Below, one piece after another: positions 9,417-20,002 of a stretch of 64,000 bases of DNA. The notes under the pieces were generated by a model. It was not told where the DNA came from, did not search any database, and saw only the letters and a list, made by a program, of their open reading frames with translations. The stretch is from NCBI RefSeq assembly GCF_048403405.1, contig NZ_CP183131.1; one strand, given 5' to 3'. Origin of the DNA: Escherichia coli (lineage in GTDB: Bacteria; Pseudomonadota; Gammaproteobacteria; Enterobacterales; Enterobacteriaceae). Made by a program: the position numbers and the translations under genes. Numbering within the stretch: the first letter of the stretch is position 1; each line of letters opens with the position of its first letter.

Positions 9417-9696
9417 GTCCCATCATCCCCTTACAAGGATGTGTTGCGAGTAGCTCACGCGCCTGACTTTGCCCCTCTTGAGTATCTACAGGAGCGGTCG
9501 TATACACACCTCCATGCCGCAAGTCCACAATACTGGTCCGACAGCAAGAACCTACGTTCTGAACTTTATTGTCCGAATCCAAACCAGCAAAAGTATGGCA
9601 CGGTCCAGGGAATGGTTTCCTGCAAATAGAGCAGCGCTCAAAGTTCTTATCGAGGATTCTCTTTAAAACTTTCTCAAATTTGTTTTTGTTTAACAT
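9409..9696 (-). CDS. small Cys-rich (zinc-ribbon-like) protein
   Basis: CSIC..PGPC and SCC motifs. ATG at 9696 is preceded by GGAGAA. The 3' end overlaps the next gene. Confidence 0.55.
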   Translation of the reverse strand: MLNKNKFEKVLKRILDKNFERCSICRKPFPGPCHTFAGLDSDNKVQNVGSCCRTSIVDLRHGGVYTTAPVDTQEGQSQARELLATHPCKGMMGHA

Positions 9697-9714
9697 CGAG
9701 TTCTCCACACAAAG

Positions 9715-10035
9715 TTACTGGCCGAGCATCCCAGCCAAGGTGGTCTGCTGGCCTTCGCTACAAGGTGCAAATCCGGCAAAAGCACCGGCATTAACCTTGA
9801 GCTCATCAAAGCGTCCATCGGTGTCCCGGTAGTACACCTTACGTTTTCCAATTCCACCTTCGAGGTTTGCGGCCAACCAGGCGATCACTGCATCAGCATC
9901 GTTCGTAACTGATGCTCCCTGATCCAGATCGATAAGTACCAGGTGGGTGTCCGTCTGGAGTGCCACTTCAAAGGTCGCTCTTACATCAAAAATCACTGGT
10001 CGCGCTCCTTGTAAAAAGTGGGCATTCAGCACCAC
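9715..10035 (-). CDS. hypothetical protein (106 aa, GTG start)
   Basis: ORF with an AGGATAGG SD-like sequence upstream. Divergent from the palindromic operator at 10115. Confidence 0.5.
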   Translation of the reverse strand: MVLNAHFLQGARPVIFDVRATFEVALQTDTHLVLIDLDQGASVTNDADAVIAWLAANLEGGIGKRKVYYRDTDGRFDELKVNAGAFAGFAPCSEGQQTTLAGMLGQ

Positions 10036-10114
10036 CTATCCTATTCCAAAAACTCTACTTTTTCAAAGATACATTTTAATAAGTAGAACAACAGCAAGAG
10101 GAACTCAAATTTAT

Positions 10115-10141
10115 TTACCGTAATTATCATAATTACGGTAA
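10115..10141. promoter_or_regulatory. 27-bp perfect palindrome (operator candidate) plus extra half-site 10142-10150
   Basis: TTACCGTAATTAT-C-ATAATTACGGTAA followed by TACGGTAAT, in the divergent intergenic region. Confidence 0.6.
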
Positions 10142-10197
10142 TACGGTAATTTTACAGATTTGGATGGAATGGTATAAGATGTCTCGCTGGAACATAC

Positions 10198-10860
10198 TTG
10201 CTGAAAAAACGCTTAACAACGATAGTGAAAACATCATGTACAGGTGCGAGAGATAATATGTATAAGAGCCTTGAAGATCTGATGGCGGGTATTTACGAGA
10301 TGGCAGCGCCAGATGGCATCATCTGTAACGAGGTTTCCAAATTCCTTGCGGCCAACCAGGTCAAGCCGGAAGACATAAGCTCTGGGATCTGGTTTTTCCT
10401 GTGGCTGAAATCAGCTCCCAAGGATGCGAAGCCAATCCAAAAAGAAATCCCCGGATTTGGAGTTGTTCTCAACATGCCGACTTATGGCGGAACGCTCAAC
10501 GAAGCAATCACAGGGTTGATCGAGAACGAGTGCCGTCAAATAGAGCTCGCTGAGGGACATCCGAGCCTTGAGGCTTGGGTTGAATCAGTATTAGCCGGTC
10601 GAGATGACGGAGAGGAAAATGAAGCTGCGGCCAATATCGTGGATCTGCTTAATGGGTGTCACGACCTACTGGATACAGCAATAATCAATTACCTTTTTAA
10701 GGTGGGAAAAATCAACGAGCAAGAGATTTTGTCGCTCATCTATTATGGAGAGCTATGTGACCACTCTCTTGTCGGTACGCCTTTTTCAACGTTACATATC
10801 CCGAGTGAAAATAACGTCCACGAACGTAACATCATCCCCATTAAAAAAGGAGCCAGTTAG
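10198..10860 (+). CDS. hypothetical protein (220 aa; alternative ATG at 10258)
   Basis: Long ORF followed by a strong terminator. No family recognised. Confidence 0.6.
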   Translation: MLKKRLTTIVKTSCTGARDNMYKSLEDLMAGIYEMAAPDGIICNEVSKFLAANQVKPEDISSGIWFFLWLKSAPKDAKPIQKEIPGFGVVLNMPTYGGTLNEAITGLIENECRQIELAEGHPSLEAWVESVLAGRDDGEENEAAANIVDLLNGCHDLLDTAIINYLFKVGKINEQEILSLIYYGELCDHSLVGTPFSTLHIPSENNVHERNIIPIKKGAS

Positions 10861-10870
10861 GCTCCTTTTT
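10843..10870. terminator. bidirectional rho-independent terminator
   Basis: AAAAAAGGAGCC-AGTTA-GGCTCCTTTTT between convergent genes. Confidence 0.8.
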
Positions 10871-10875
10871 GTTAC

Positions 10876-11328
10876 TCAGGGTTTGCTTTGAGAAACAACT
10901 TCATTCCAAGTATGCAGCACCTTCGATAGGTGCTGATGCTTTCTGGTGAAGTCCTTATCATCCAAGAGTGCTTTAAATGGCGCGTTCAGGTCACTGCATG
11001 TGACGTTCTTGCCGATCACAGACAGGGTATCCTGGAGTGATCCACCAGCAGCATCAAGCCCCATTCTATCGACGGTCTCACTACTCACCATTGCCTGGAC
11101 AACATTGGTGAATGCCTTTGAGTTGAGCTGCTCAACGCTCAGGGCTGTATTGCATTTCTGCTCAACCGCTTGCTTGTACTGGATGGTGTACTTTGCAGTG
11201 ATAGGTGACATGGTGTTCATCGCAAGTATGTATGCGTCTACCTCACTGGTCGGTAATGTCGCGGCATAGACTGACGAGCATGATGCGGCTGCGGCCATTA
11301 TCAAAGTTATTACCTTCTTATTCTTCAT
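10876..11328 (-). CDS. secreted hypothetical protein (150 aa)
   Basis: N-terminal signal peptide MKNKKVITLIMAAAASCSSVYA. Confidence 0.65.
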   Translation of the reverse strand: MKNKKVITLIMAAAASCSSVYAATLPTSEVDAYILAMNTMSPITAKYTIQYKQAVEQKCNTALSVEQLNSKAFTNVVQAMVSSETVDRMGLDAAGGSLQDTLSVIGKNVTCSDLNAPFKALLDDKDFTRKHQHLSKVLHTWNEVVSQSKP

Positions 11329-11494
11329 TTCTCTGAAATCCCCCTTTAAAATATGGAGCTACAACTCATTTGTACCAATCATAATACTATTGATTTCCAA
11401 AAGTATCTCTCTCTACTGACTCTATGATGGCTCGCCTTCCAAACACTTGGCCGCTGGCGGCGGCTGGGCCAACGCCAGAGCCTGATCCACACTA

Positions 11495-11794
11495 TCATCC
11501 GCCTGAAAAAAATCTCATTACCTCTGACGGATAAAGAAACAGATTTCCCCCTTTGGCAAAAAACAGATACCAAACAGAAAAAGCCACAGAAAAAACACCT
11601 GCAACACACACTTCAAATCTATTTCTTGCAGAGAAATACTTGTAGTGCTTTTTTTCGTATCTCGGGGCTCTCATTTTGACTAGATTTTTCAATGTCAACC
11701 AAAGAAAGATAACCCCAGTAGGAAGGATAACTATCACAACCCCAAAGAAATAAATTGTGTATATAATAAAATCAAACCAGTTATTGATTTCCAT
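11495..11794 (-). CDS. small polytopic membrane protein (possible orphan immunity-type gene)
   Basis: Start MEINNWFDFIIY.. Two or three hydrophobic helices. AT-rich like the rhs-CT/immunity region. Confidence 0.5.
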   Translation of the reverse strand: MEINNWFDFIIYTIYFFGVVIVILPTGVIFLWLTLKNLVKMRAPRYEKKHYKYFSARNRFEVCVAGVFSVAFSVWYLFFAKGGNLFLYPSEVMRFFSGG

Positions 11795-11841
11795 AAGCCG
11801 TCCCCAATGCTGCGCCAATAGCAGAACCATGTGAGCCGTAT

Positions 11842-12033
11842 TTAATCCCTGGATTCCTCATTAGCTCTCTTTAACTTTAATATTTTCCTTAGATTTAAGT
11901 ATCCATAGATTCCTGAGAACACTCCATACCCCCCCCAAACACCAACGGACAGATATAAGGCGAATTTGCTTAGAGGCCCATTCACATAATTTAATAAAGC
12001 GAACACTGCAATTCCTATAAAGGCTCCAGCTAA
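11842..12033 (-). pseudogene. small membrane protein, 3' part (interrupted by IS5)
   Basis: The frame joins 13233..13283 after removal of IS5 and one CTAA copy, giving an 80-aa protein MKKTGLKYRAVYLLGFPLAGAFIGIAV.. Confidence 0.7.
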
Positions 12034-13228
<1,195 letters not shown>

Positions 13229-13283
13229 CTAACGGAAATCCAAGCAGATATACTGCTCTATATTTTAAACCGGTTTTTTTCAT
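13229..13283 (-). pseudogene. small membrane protein, 5' part (interrupted by IS5)
   Basis: ATG at 13283 lies 4 nt after the stop of the immunity gene. See 11842..12033. Confidence 0.65.
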
Positions 13284-13287
13284 CTTA

Positions 13288-13560
13288 TTATTTATCTATA
13301 TGTTTTGAAATCTTATCTACAATGGATGTAGTATCCATATTCATTATCCTCCCTGCTTTTTCAATCAGAAACTCAGCTTCATTTGTTATGTTCTTTGACT
13401 CTTCATTAATAATGTCAATGATAGTTTCTAGTGCGATTCCATACTCACCCACATCAATAAATTCTTGCACTTCTATACTTTCAGATTCAGAAAACGAATC
13501 AGACAGCACCATAAGCAAAAGATCTAGCGTGGATTCAATTTCTCTATATTCATTTTTCAT
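13288..13560 (-). CDS. putative Rhs-CT immunity protein (90 aa, acidic)
   Basis: Its start overlaps the rhs stop (ATGA). AT-rich like the rhs C-terminal tip. Confidence 0.7.
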   Translation of the reverse strand: MKNEYREIESTLDLLLMVLSDSFSESESIEVQEFIDVGEYGIALETIIDIINEESKNITNEAEFLIEKAGRIMNMDTTSIVDKISKHIDK

Positions 13561-16500
13561 TTTGGATTCCTTGGTACGTTTGTTGGAAAACCTGAAACAA
13601 TATCACCATTAGATTCTTGTATTACACGAACATTAATACCTTCTTTAACTGCCTCTGCAATAGTCCTACCACCGCGCCCAGCCTTTCGAGAAACATTTGG
13701 ATCGGTAGCTATATCGGAAATGACGTGCATAATTTTTTCATCAGACCAACTTTGAGGAAACTCACTTTTTCCAGGCTTGCCTGTTCCTGCTCGATGCCCT
13801 CCACCAGTGGCGTCACCATCAAGAATATGCTTACGTCTCTGGGAACTGGCTAGGTCTACAAAATCATCAGCCGTATTTTTAAAAGCGCGTTCCGCAACAT
13901 TCCCTAGCGCCTTATAGTTGCCAGGCAGGATAATCCCAGCAGCAAAAAGCCCCCCGGAAATCCACTTTTCTCTTGAGGTCGCACAATCACTGGTGATGGT
14001 CTTGAAGGTGTCATAGGCGTCCCAAGCGCTCAAGGCAAAGTCTATGGCAACATAAGCCCCCAGAAGAAGCGGCACAAACTCCCCTGTTGGATCTGCATTG
14101 CCTATCGGGTTGCTCAGCGCATAGGCATAGGTGTTAATCCCACCAGCCAGCCCAATCGGGTCACTGGTGATGTAACGCCCGGTATTCGGGTCGTAGTAAC
14201 GCCGCCAGTTGTAGTGGAGCCCGGTCTCCGCGTCGTAATACTGTCCTGGGAACCGCAAATTGAAGGTCGGCCCCTGAGTGGTGATGCTGGCCTTACCGAA
14301 CGGGCTGTAGCTCGCCTTCCAAACCACTTGGCCGCTGGCGTCGGTTAGCGCCTTCGGGGTGCCCAGATGATCGACGTGGACTTGATAGGTCTGTCCTGAC
14401 TGAGCAAAGCTCAAGGGGGTGCCATCGAGCCAGATATACTCCGCCAGCACGTCTCCAGTGGCTGCGTCCAGCTCCTCGATGAGGTTTCCTGCCAAGCCGT
14501 AAATCAGTAGGCGGGTCTGGCCGTTTAGGGTCTTAGTTACACGCTGATCCAGATGGTTGTAGGTGTAAGCTGCTGTCACTCCAGCGACCGTTGCGGCCAC
14601 CAGCCGGTTCTGGCTGTCATAGGTGAAGGTATCCGCCCCCTGCTTCGTCAGGTTGCCATTGGCGTCATAGCTTCTGGAGGTTTGCCCAGTCTTCACCAGC
14701 CAGTTGTTCATGTAGTTGATGGTGTAGCTTTGGCTCAGGCCATCGGTCGTGATCGAGGTCCTGTTGCCGGTGGCGTCATAGCCATAGCCCAAAACGCCAT
14801 AGAGCCCCTCAGCAGAGGTGATGCGGCCAACCGCGTCATAACCGAGTGACTGATTGACTGATGAGCTGAGATTGTCGTCTATGGCTGAAATCAACGAGTC
14901 TGGCGTGTACCGATAGACCAGCGAATGCACTCTAGTAGCGTCGATGCCGGTGACTCGGTAATTGAGATCCAAAGAGCGACTTTCTGAAATGCCGTTCCAT
15001 CTGACCATACTGGTGACGGGGCCAAAGGGCGCTCGCTCGATCTGGCTTGCCAGGCTTGTTGTGGTGCCTGCTTGTGTCGTTGCCACCTCGATGACGTCAC
15101 CGGCTAAATCACGGGTGTAGGAAACCTCACGACCACTGGGATACGTGATCTTCGTGATGAGGCCTGCACCATCGTATTGGTACTGGGTAGTAAGGCTCTG
15201 CCCGTGGGTTTCCCAGGTCTCGTAAGCCAACCATCCTTCGGGTGTATAGCCATATCTCCGGACACCGTTGCCATCATCGACTGAGGTCAAGCGGCCCATG
15301 CCGTATGGTGAGGTTGCTTCGTCGTACCCGTACAGAATTGGCGATTCGCCAGCGACACCGCTGGATGCCTCGATGATCCGGTTCAGCGCGTCGTAGCTGT
15401 AGCTTGTGGTTTGTCCCTTGGCCGTCTTGCGCGTTGCCACGTTACCGGCTTCGTCATAGGTAATGTCGGTGGTGCCGGTGTCCGGGCTCCGGACCTGAGT
15501 CACTTCGCCAAAGCCGTTGTAGCTGTAGTAGGTCAGGCGCGAACGAGGGTCGGAGACACGGTAAACATCGCCGGTATCCTTGTAGAGCACCTGCGTGACC
15601 TTCCCGAGTGGATCGGTCGTTTGTGTCCGGTGATGGAAGCCGTCGTACTTGTAGGAGTGTGTGTTACCAGAGGGACTGGTCTCCTGTATCAGGTTTGCCA
15701 CCACATCGTAGGAAAACGATGACTGATTGCTATAGGCGTCGGAGACACTGGAGAGCCAGCCGATTTCGTTGAAGATCCGGCGCTCTATCCAACGGGTCTG
15801 GCCCAGCGCATCGAGCAGTCGCTCTTCTACTGGGTTCCCGAGGTCATTGAGCTCAAGCTCGCGCCGGTTGCCCTGTGCATCTGTTTCCGCCACCAGCCGA
15901 TGTGCAGCGTCGTACTCATAGCTGACGGTTGCACCATTTGGCTTAGTCAGCGAGCTCAGGAGGCCCACAGCATCATAGTTGTAGGCCGTGGTTCCTTCTG
16001 GTCCAGTGGAGCTGACAAGTCTTCCTCTGGCGTCATAGGTGAGGGTTTGGGTTACACCGTTGACGCCCTGAATGGTCCCGGCGCGACCGTTCGCGTCGTA
16101 GTCACCAAACTGCATCACCTGCCCCAGCGCGTTTGTTGTCCGGATCAGGTTGCCCTGGTCATCGTAGTCAAATGTCGTAACATCGCTGACGTCGGTGCGC
16201 GGACCATCAACCGAGGCCAACAGGCTCGGCTTTCCTGTACCAACAGGGGCATAGGTGTAGGTCCATGTCCGGGAAGCGCCCGAGCTGCGATCTGTGACCT
16301 TGCGGCTTATCACCCGGAGATGAGTGTCGTAGGTAAGCTCAGTGATCCTGGTTGGTTCCGTGATTTTTGCAGGGAGCGACTTGGAAGGAAGCCAGTCGGT
16401 CGTAACCTTGCCCCCATCCTGGTCTATCTGGGTGGTTTCCAATCCCCGGTCGTTATGGGTGAACGTGCGCTTCTGTCCAGCACGATCTGTAATGCTGGAG

Positions 16501-17819
16501 ACGAGGCCTTTGCTGTCGTAGACGTAGGTTTCCTTGCCTCCCACAAAGCCGGTACACGGCGCACCCTCAACAACATCAGGCTTGAGCATCCCGTTGTGAC
16601 GGCTGTAGGTATATCGCTGAACGTGGCCGAGGGCGTTGGTGACAGAGACGCTTCCGTCAGCGTTGTAGCTTACCTGAGTCTTCTCTGCGCCCCCGGCGTG
16701 TTCACTTAGAACTGCCATCCCCTGAGCATCATATCCCCATGTGGCGAAACGGTTGCCGTTCTCGTCCACCAGCCCAGAGAGCAAACCCGGTGCATTCGGG
16801 TCATCGTAGAGATAGCTGCGGCTCGTATTGTCCTGGTAGATCACTTCCGCCAGCTTGCCAGCGCTGTTGTACTGGTACTGAATACTGCCACCAGCAGGAT
16901 CGGTGACACTGACCATGCGGCCATCTTGATGCTGGAACTGGATGTTGCGGCCAAAGCCGTCAGTGATCGAGGATAGCTCTCCGTTCAGATAGCTCAGGGT
17001 GATGTGATTGCCGTTGGGCTTCTCGATGCCGGTCAGTCGTCCGGTTTCATCATAGGCCTCGACTACCCCGTCAGATTGAGTGTAACGCCAGCCGGTAGCA
17101 TCCTTCGTCAAGGTATCATCGGTTTTCCATGTTGGCACCCAGACAGAGGACGAGTTGTAGAACGCGAGTTGTTGCCCTTCTGGCCGGTGCAGGACAACCA
17201 TGTTCTCACCGTACTTCGAGGCGTTGACCTCGACGCTCCGCGAGTAGGTATGCCGCCAGCCGCCGAGCTCTTCATCAGGAAGGTGGCTATTGTAGTATCT
17301 GGTGAATGTGAAAGGGTCGGAGCCTCCGCTTTGATAATCCAGTTCAGCCTGGAACTTGTTGCCGGTGCCAAGATGGATAGGGTTCCCTACACACATGGTC
17401 GTTGTTGGTAAGCCGAGATCCCTGTCCAGGAACGGTGTTTTATCCATCTCACCCGGCAGAACATAGGTTGAGCGCCAGTAGACCGTAGCTGGGTCGCCAG
17501 TGCAGGTAGTGGGGTCATAATCGCCAGTAGCACCTAGATACTTAAAACAGATCCTGGAGACATAACGGCCATCACCATAACTGGCAACCGGATAAAGCGC
17601 ATCCCCAACTGGCGTTCCCTTCCCTTGCTCCTCACCAGAGCGATAATTCTTCATGAAGGAATGCGCGTCTATGATGGTGTTGAAGCGCATTTTGTCTACT
17701 TCGGTGCTCACGGCTACAACCCGCCATTGTGCAAAAGCAACGCATGGCAAAGTTGCGAGCACCACAACGGCCAATGACCGCAGGTTTCGCATCAGTAAAA
17801 GGGAAGGTCTCGATCTCAT
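13557..17819 (-). CDS. rhs: Rhs/YD-repeat toxin with Sec signal peptide and EndoU-like C-terminal domain
   Basis: Many YD repeats. Core-end motif DPIGL..NPIGNADPTGE. The last 173 aa (13560-14078) carry HILDGDATGGGH..GKSEFP..WSDE, which resembles bacterial EndoU nucleases. N-terminus is ..ATLPCVAFA. Confidence 0.9.
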   Translation of the reverse strand: MRSRPSLLLMRNLRSLAVVVLATLPCVAFAQWRVVAVSTEVDKMRFNTIIDAHSFMKNYRSGEEQGKGTPVGDALYPVASYGDGRYVSRICFKYLGATGDYDPTTCTGDPATVYWRSTYVLPGEMDKTPFLDRDLGLPTTTMCVGNPIHLGTGNKFQAELDYQSGGSDPFTFTRYYNSHLPDEELGGWRHTYSRSVEVNASKYGENMVVLHRPEGQQLAFYNSSSVWVPTWKTDDTLTKDATGWRYTQSDGVVEAYDETGRLTGIEKPNGNHITLSYLNGELSSITDGFGRNIQFQHQDGRMVSVTDPAGGSIQYQYNSAGKLAEVIYQDNTSRSYLYDDPNAPGLLSGLVDENGNRFATWGYDAQGMAVLSEHAGGAEKTQVSYNADGSVSVTNALGHVQRYTYSRHNGMLKPDVVEGAPCTGFVGGKETYVYDSKGLVSSITDRAGQKRTFTHNDRGLETTQIDQDGGKVTTDWLPSKSLPAKITEPTRITELTYDTHLRVISRKVTDRSSGASRTWTYTYAPVGTGKPSLLASVDGPRTDVSDVTTFDYDDQGNLIRTTNALGQVMQFGDYDANGRAGTIQGVNGVTQTLTYDARGRLVSSTGPEGTTAYNYDAVGLLSSLTKPNGATVSYEYDAAHRLVAETDAQGNRRELELNDLGNPVEERLLDALGQTRWIERRIFNEIGWLSSVSDAYSNQSSFSYDVVANLIQETSPSGNTHSYKYDGFHHRTQTTDPLGKVTQVLYKDTGDVYRVSDPRSRLTYYSYNGFGEVTQVRSPDTGTTDITYDEAGNVATRKTAKGQTTSYSYDALNRIIEASSGVAGESPILYGYDEATSPYGMGRLTSVDDGNGVRRYGYTPEGWLAYETWETHGQSLTTQYQYDGAGLITKITYPSGREVSYTRDLAGDVIEVATTQAGTTTSLASQIERAPFGPVTSMVRWNGISESRSLDLNYRVTGIDATRVHSLVYRYTPDSLISAIDDNLSSSVNQSLGYDAVGRITSAEGLYGVLGYGYDATGNRTSITTDGLSQSYTINYMNNWLVKTGQTSRSYDANGNLTKQGADTFTYDSQNRLVAATVAGVTAAYTYNHLDQRVTKTLNGQTRLLIYGLAGNLIEELDAATGDVLAEYIWLDGTPLSFAQSGQTYQVHVDHLGTPKALTDASGQVVWKASYSPFGKASITTQGPTFNLRFPGQYYDAETGLHYNWRRYYDPNTGRYITSDPIGLAGGINTYAYALSNPIGNADPTGEFVPLLLGAYVAIDFALSAWDAYDTFKTITSDCATSREKWISGGLFAAGIILPGNYKALGNVAERAFKNTADDFVDLASSQRRKHILDGDATGGGHRAGTGKPGKSEFPQSWSDEKIMHVISDIATDPNVSRKAGRGGRTIAEAVKEGINVRVIQESNGDIVSGFPTNVPRNPK

Positions 17820-17951
17820 TTACAGCTCCAGTTTTTATGCTGGAGCTATTTTCAGGTGGGAGAGTCGTTATCAACGACTGCGTTTTTGCCCTTTTAGGGT
17901 ATGAATACGTGATTTGGAGAGGTTGTGTATTCAGAACAAATGAGAAGCAGG

Positions 17952-18677
17952 TTACTCATTTCGCTCAAACACTGTGACAAGAACACGTTTTTGGTTGTCG
18001 TCGTTGATCACCATCAGGTACTTGAACTTGGAATCTCTATGGCCCCAGACTTCCACGTTATCTACGCGGCCATACTTTCTGGCTTTATGGCGAGCCACTT
18101 TCTCGTCAAAGGGTTGAACCTGTAACTCTGGATGCTGGAGGCGACCAACGAGTGAGGCCCACGGTTTTTTAGGGTCTCCAGAGGTTATCCGGGCCTGATA
18201 CTGATCGATGGCATGTTGAGTAACAAGGACGGGACCAATGGCCGGTGTAGAGATTTCGTCATGGGTTTGAGTATAGGCTTGCTTGTCCACATCGAGGAGC
18301 TCAACGTTGCCCTCACCCGGCTCATCCATAAACTCCATGCTCTGCGAAACTTCAATAGTAGCGCCCTTTAAACGTCCAGTGAGGCAAGCCGCAAACTTGA
18401 ATGCAAACTCCTTGGTGGATTTGCCCAGCGCCAGCTTTTTAATCGCACCTTTGGATACCACCAGCTTGTAACCAGCACCAGCACCTGGCTCTCTGCAAAA
18501 AACCTGTTTGTCCAGCGCCAGATAGCGAATGGCTACGAGCTCAGCCAAAAGATCTGCCTCCTCGTTGTCAAAATCAATACGAACATCAAGGATGCCTTTC
18601 CGTTTTGTACCAACGCGCCAGAATACAAGGGCTGAATTATTAGAAGTTTTCTTCGAGACAGTAGTCAGTGTCATCAT
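17952..18677 (-). CDS. hypothetical protein (241 aa)
   Basis: ORF with GGAGAAATAGACC before ATGATG. No family recognised. Confidence 0.65.
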   Translation of the reverse strand: MMTLTTVSKKTSNNSALVFWRVGTKRKGILDVRIDFDNEEADLLAELVAIRYLALDKQVFCREPGAGAGYKLVVSKGAIKKLALGKSTKEFAFKFAACLTGRLKGATIEVSQSMEFMDEPGEGNVELLDVDKQAYTQTHDEISTPAIGPVLVTQHAIDQYQARITSGDPKKPWASLVGRLQHPELQVQPFDEKVARHKARKYGRVDNVEVWGHRDSKFKYLMVINDDNQKRVLVTVFERNE

Positions 18678-18687
18678 GGTCTATTTC

Positions 18688-18705
18688 TCCATTATCGGGA
18701 TAATG
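18688..18705. promoter_or_regulatory. 18-bp inverted repeat CCATTATC-GG-GATAATGG (operator candidate)
   Basis: Perfect 8-bp arms immediately upstream of the SD of the 241-aa gene. Confidence 0.45.
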
Positions 18706-18790
18706 GTCGGCATCGCCGCCAGCACCCCTATTCGTTAGGGTTCATTTAGATGCTACCACGGGTTTTAAAAATGCAACCCCTAGTGCCACT

Positions 18791-19192
18791 CTATTTGTGG
18801 TCCCAAGTATTTTTATAAGCTCGGGCTAGGCGTTTCTCTATCACTTCTGACAAATTGCAACCATCGACTTCTGCCAACCGCTTCAAAATCCTGTGGGCTT
18901 TATCGCTTATAGTTATGCTTTTACCAACACCATATCCCCTTCTGCGACGTTGCCTAATTGATGTCCCGAGTTTATTGATTTGCTCTGCTGTCAGATATTT
19001 ATTAATCCATTCAGTGAGTTCTGATGGTGATCGCCCCATGCTGTTCAGGCTGTCCACGGCTTCAAGTTTCTTATCGAATGGGACGTCACGCCAGAAAGCT
19101 GGGCGCGAAGCAGCTCTGAGGAGATAGATCGCCGTAGCCTGAGCATCTTCATTGGATACTTTCAAAAAAACACCTTTACCGTTACATGTCAC
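18791..19192 (-). CDS. ribbon-helix-helix (CopG/Arc-like) domain protein (133 aa)
   Basis: C-terminal KSITISDKAHRILKRLAEVDGCNLSEVIEKRLARAY has an RHH pattern. Confidence 0.6.
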   Translation of the reverse strand: MTCNGKGVFLKVSNEDAQATAIYLLRAASRPAFWRDVPFDKKLEAVDSLNSMGRSPSELTEWINKYLTAEQINKLGTSIRQRRRRGYGVGKSITISDKAHRILKRLAEVDGCNLSEVIEKRLARAYKNTWDHK

Positions 19193-19234
19193 ACCAACTT
19201 CATCGTGACATGTAACACTTCAAACTGCAAGTAT

Positions 19235-19262
19235 AAAAAAAGGCCAGCTATTGCTGGCCTTT
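19235..19262 (-). terminator. rho-independent terminator (end of transcription unit H)
   Basis: Sense AAAGGCCAGC-AATA-GCTGGCCTTTTTTT. Confidence 0.8.
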
Positions 19263-19285
19263 ACGTTCATTATCGCAGTTACTCT

Positions 19286-19402
19286 TTAGGCGTTGTGATG
19301 CTTTTTTTCCTTCTGTTTCTCATGGTAGAGATACAGACTGCCGCCAGTGACGACAGTGAAAAAAATGAGCAACCCCAACATGCCTAATGTGAAAGCGTCC
19401 AT
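19286..19402 (-). CDS. unannotated small membrane protein (38 aa) MDAFTLGMLGLLIFFTVVTGGSLYLYHEKQKEKKHHNA
   Basis: AAGGGGG SD 5 nt upstream. One TM helix plus a basic tail. Below the ORF-track cutoff. Confidence 0.4.
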   Translation of the reverse strand: MDAFTLGMLGLLIFFTVVTGGSLYLYHEKQKEKKHHNA

Positions 19403-19411
19403 TTGACCCCC

Positions 19412-19651
19412 TTAGGAATTGCTGACCTTGGTTAAGATTATACCATAGATCCACAGGATAACCCCAATGACCAACACCAAACCGGCTTCTTTGACGGTTA
19501 TAGTGTCCCCAGATACAGCCAATCCTACAATACCGACACCGATGGCTGTTACGGCGACCTTACGCAGGTCTTCACCGATAGCTCCCAGAGTCTTCTTGTC
19601 AGGAGAGAAAAGACGCACAAACCACGTCTTAATACGCAAAAACTTTTTCAT
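19412..19651 (-). CDS. small membrane protein (79 aa)
   Basis: Start MKKFLRIK with a GGAGG SD. Two hydrophobic helices. Confidence 0.6.
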   Translation of the reverse strand: MKKFLRIKTWFVRLFSPDKKTLGAIGEDLRKVAVTAIGVGIVGLAVSGDTITVKEAGLVLVIGVILWIYGIILTKVSNS

Positions 19652-19719
19652 GATTACCTCCATAGTTGAAGAGGAGGCGAATCATGCCCGAGAGGGCATG
19701 AACACCCCCTCAGGGTTAA
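19652..19719 (-). promoter_or_regulatory. intercistronic RNA switch (CCC trigger / SD-mimic GAGGGGG / anti-SD CCUCCUC / SD GGAGG)
   Basis: Sense UUAACCCUGAGGGGGUGUUCAUGCCCUCUCGGGCAUGAUUCGCCUCCUCUUCAACUAUGGAGGUAAUCAUG. Confidence 0.55.
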
Positions 19720-19723
19720 AGTT

Positions 19724-20002
19724 TTAGGCAGACAAAGCTGTTGGCTTCGCCTTGTTCATCTTCATTGAGTTAATGATCTTCGTCGCTTCATCAGCAAACG
19801 GGCCAGTAACTTGGATAGGCTCCCTTCTTGCGAAGGAGGCTGTCACCATCATTCTCTGGCCGTGCATCAGATGACGATACCGAGACCGCATAAGCTCAAC
19901 GTAGGCCGCAGAGTCCCCCTCCCACCCCTCAGGGGGAGAAAAGGGGCACACCGCGTCGTTACCAGGCGTTGTATCAACCTTCGAGACATCAATGACGGCC
20001 AT
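19724..20002 (-). CDS. hypothetical protein (92 aa)
   Basis: Start MAVIDVSK overlaps the end of the primase gene. Confidence 0.55.
   Translation of the reverse strand: MAVIDVSKVDTTPGNDAVCPFSPPEGWEGDSAAYVELMRSRYRHLMHGQRMMVTASFARREPIQVTGPFADEATKIINSMKMNKAKPTALSA

Noticed and set aside
14553-17411. Several 70-270-aa ORFs on the plus strand, and out-of-frame minus ORFs, within rhs
   Set aside because: All are nested in the continuous 1420-codon YD-repeat frame, and the repeat-rich GC-biased sequence generates shadow ORFs.
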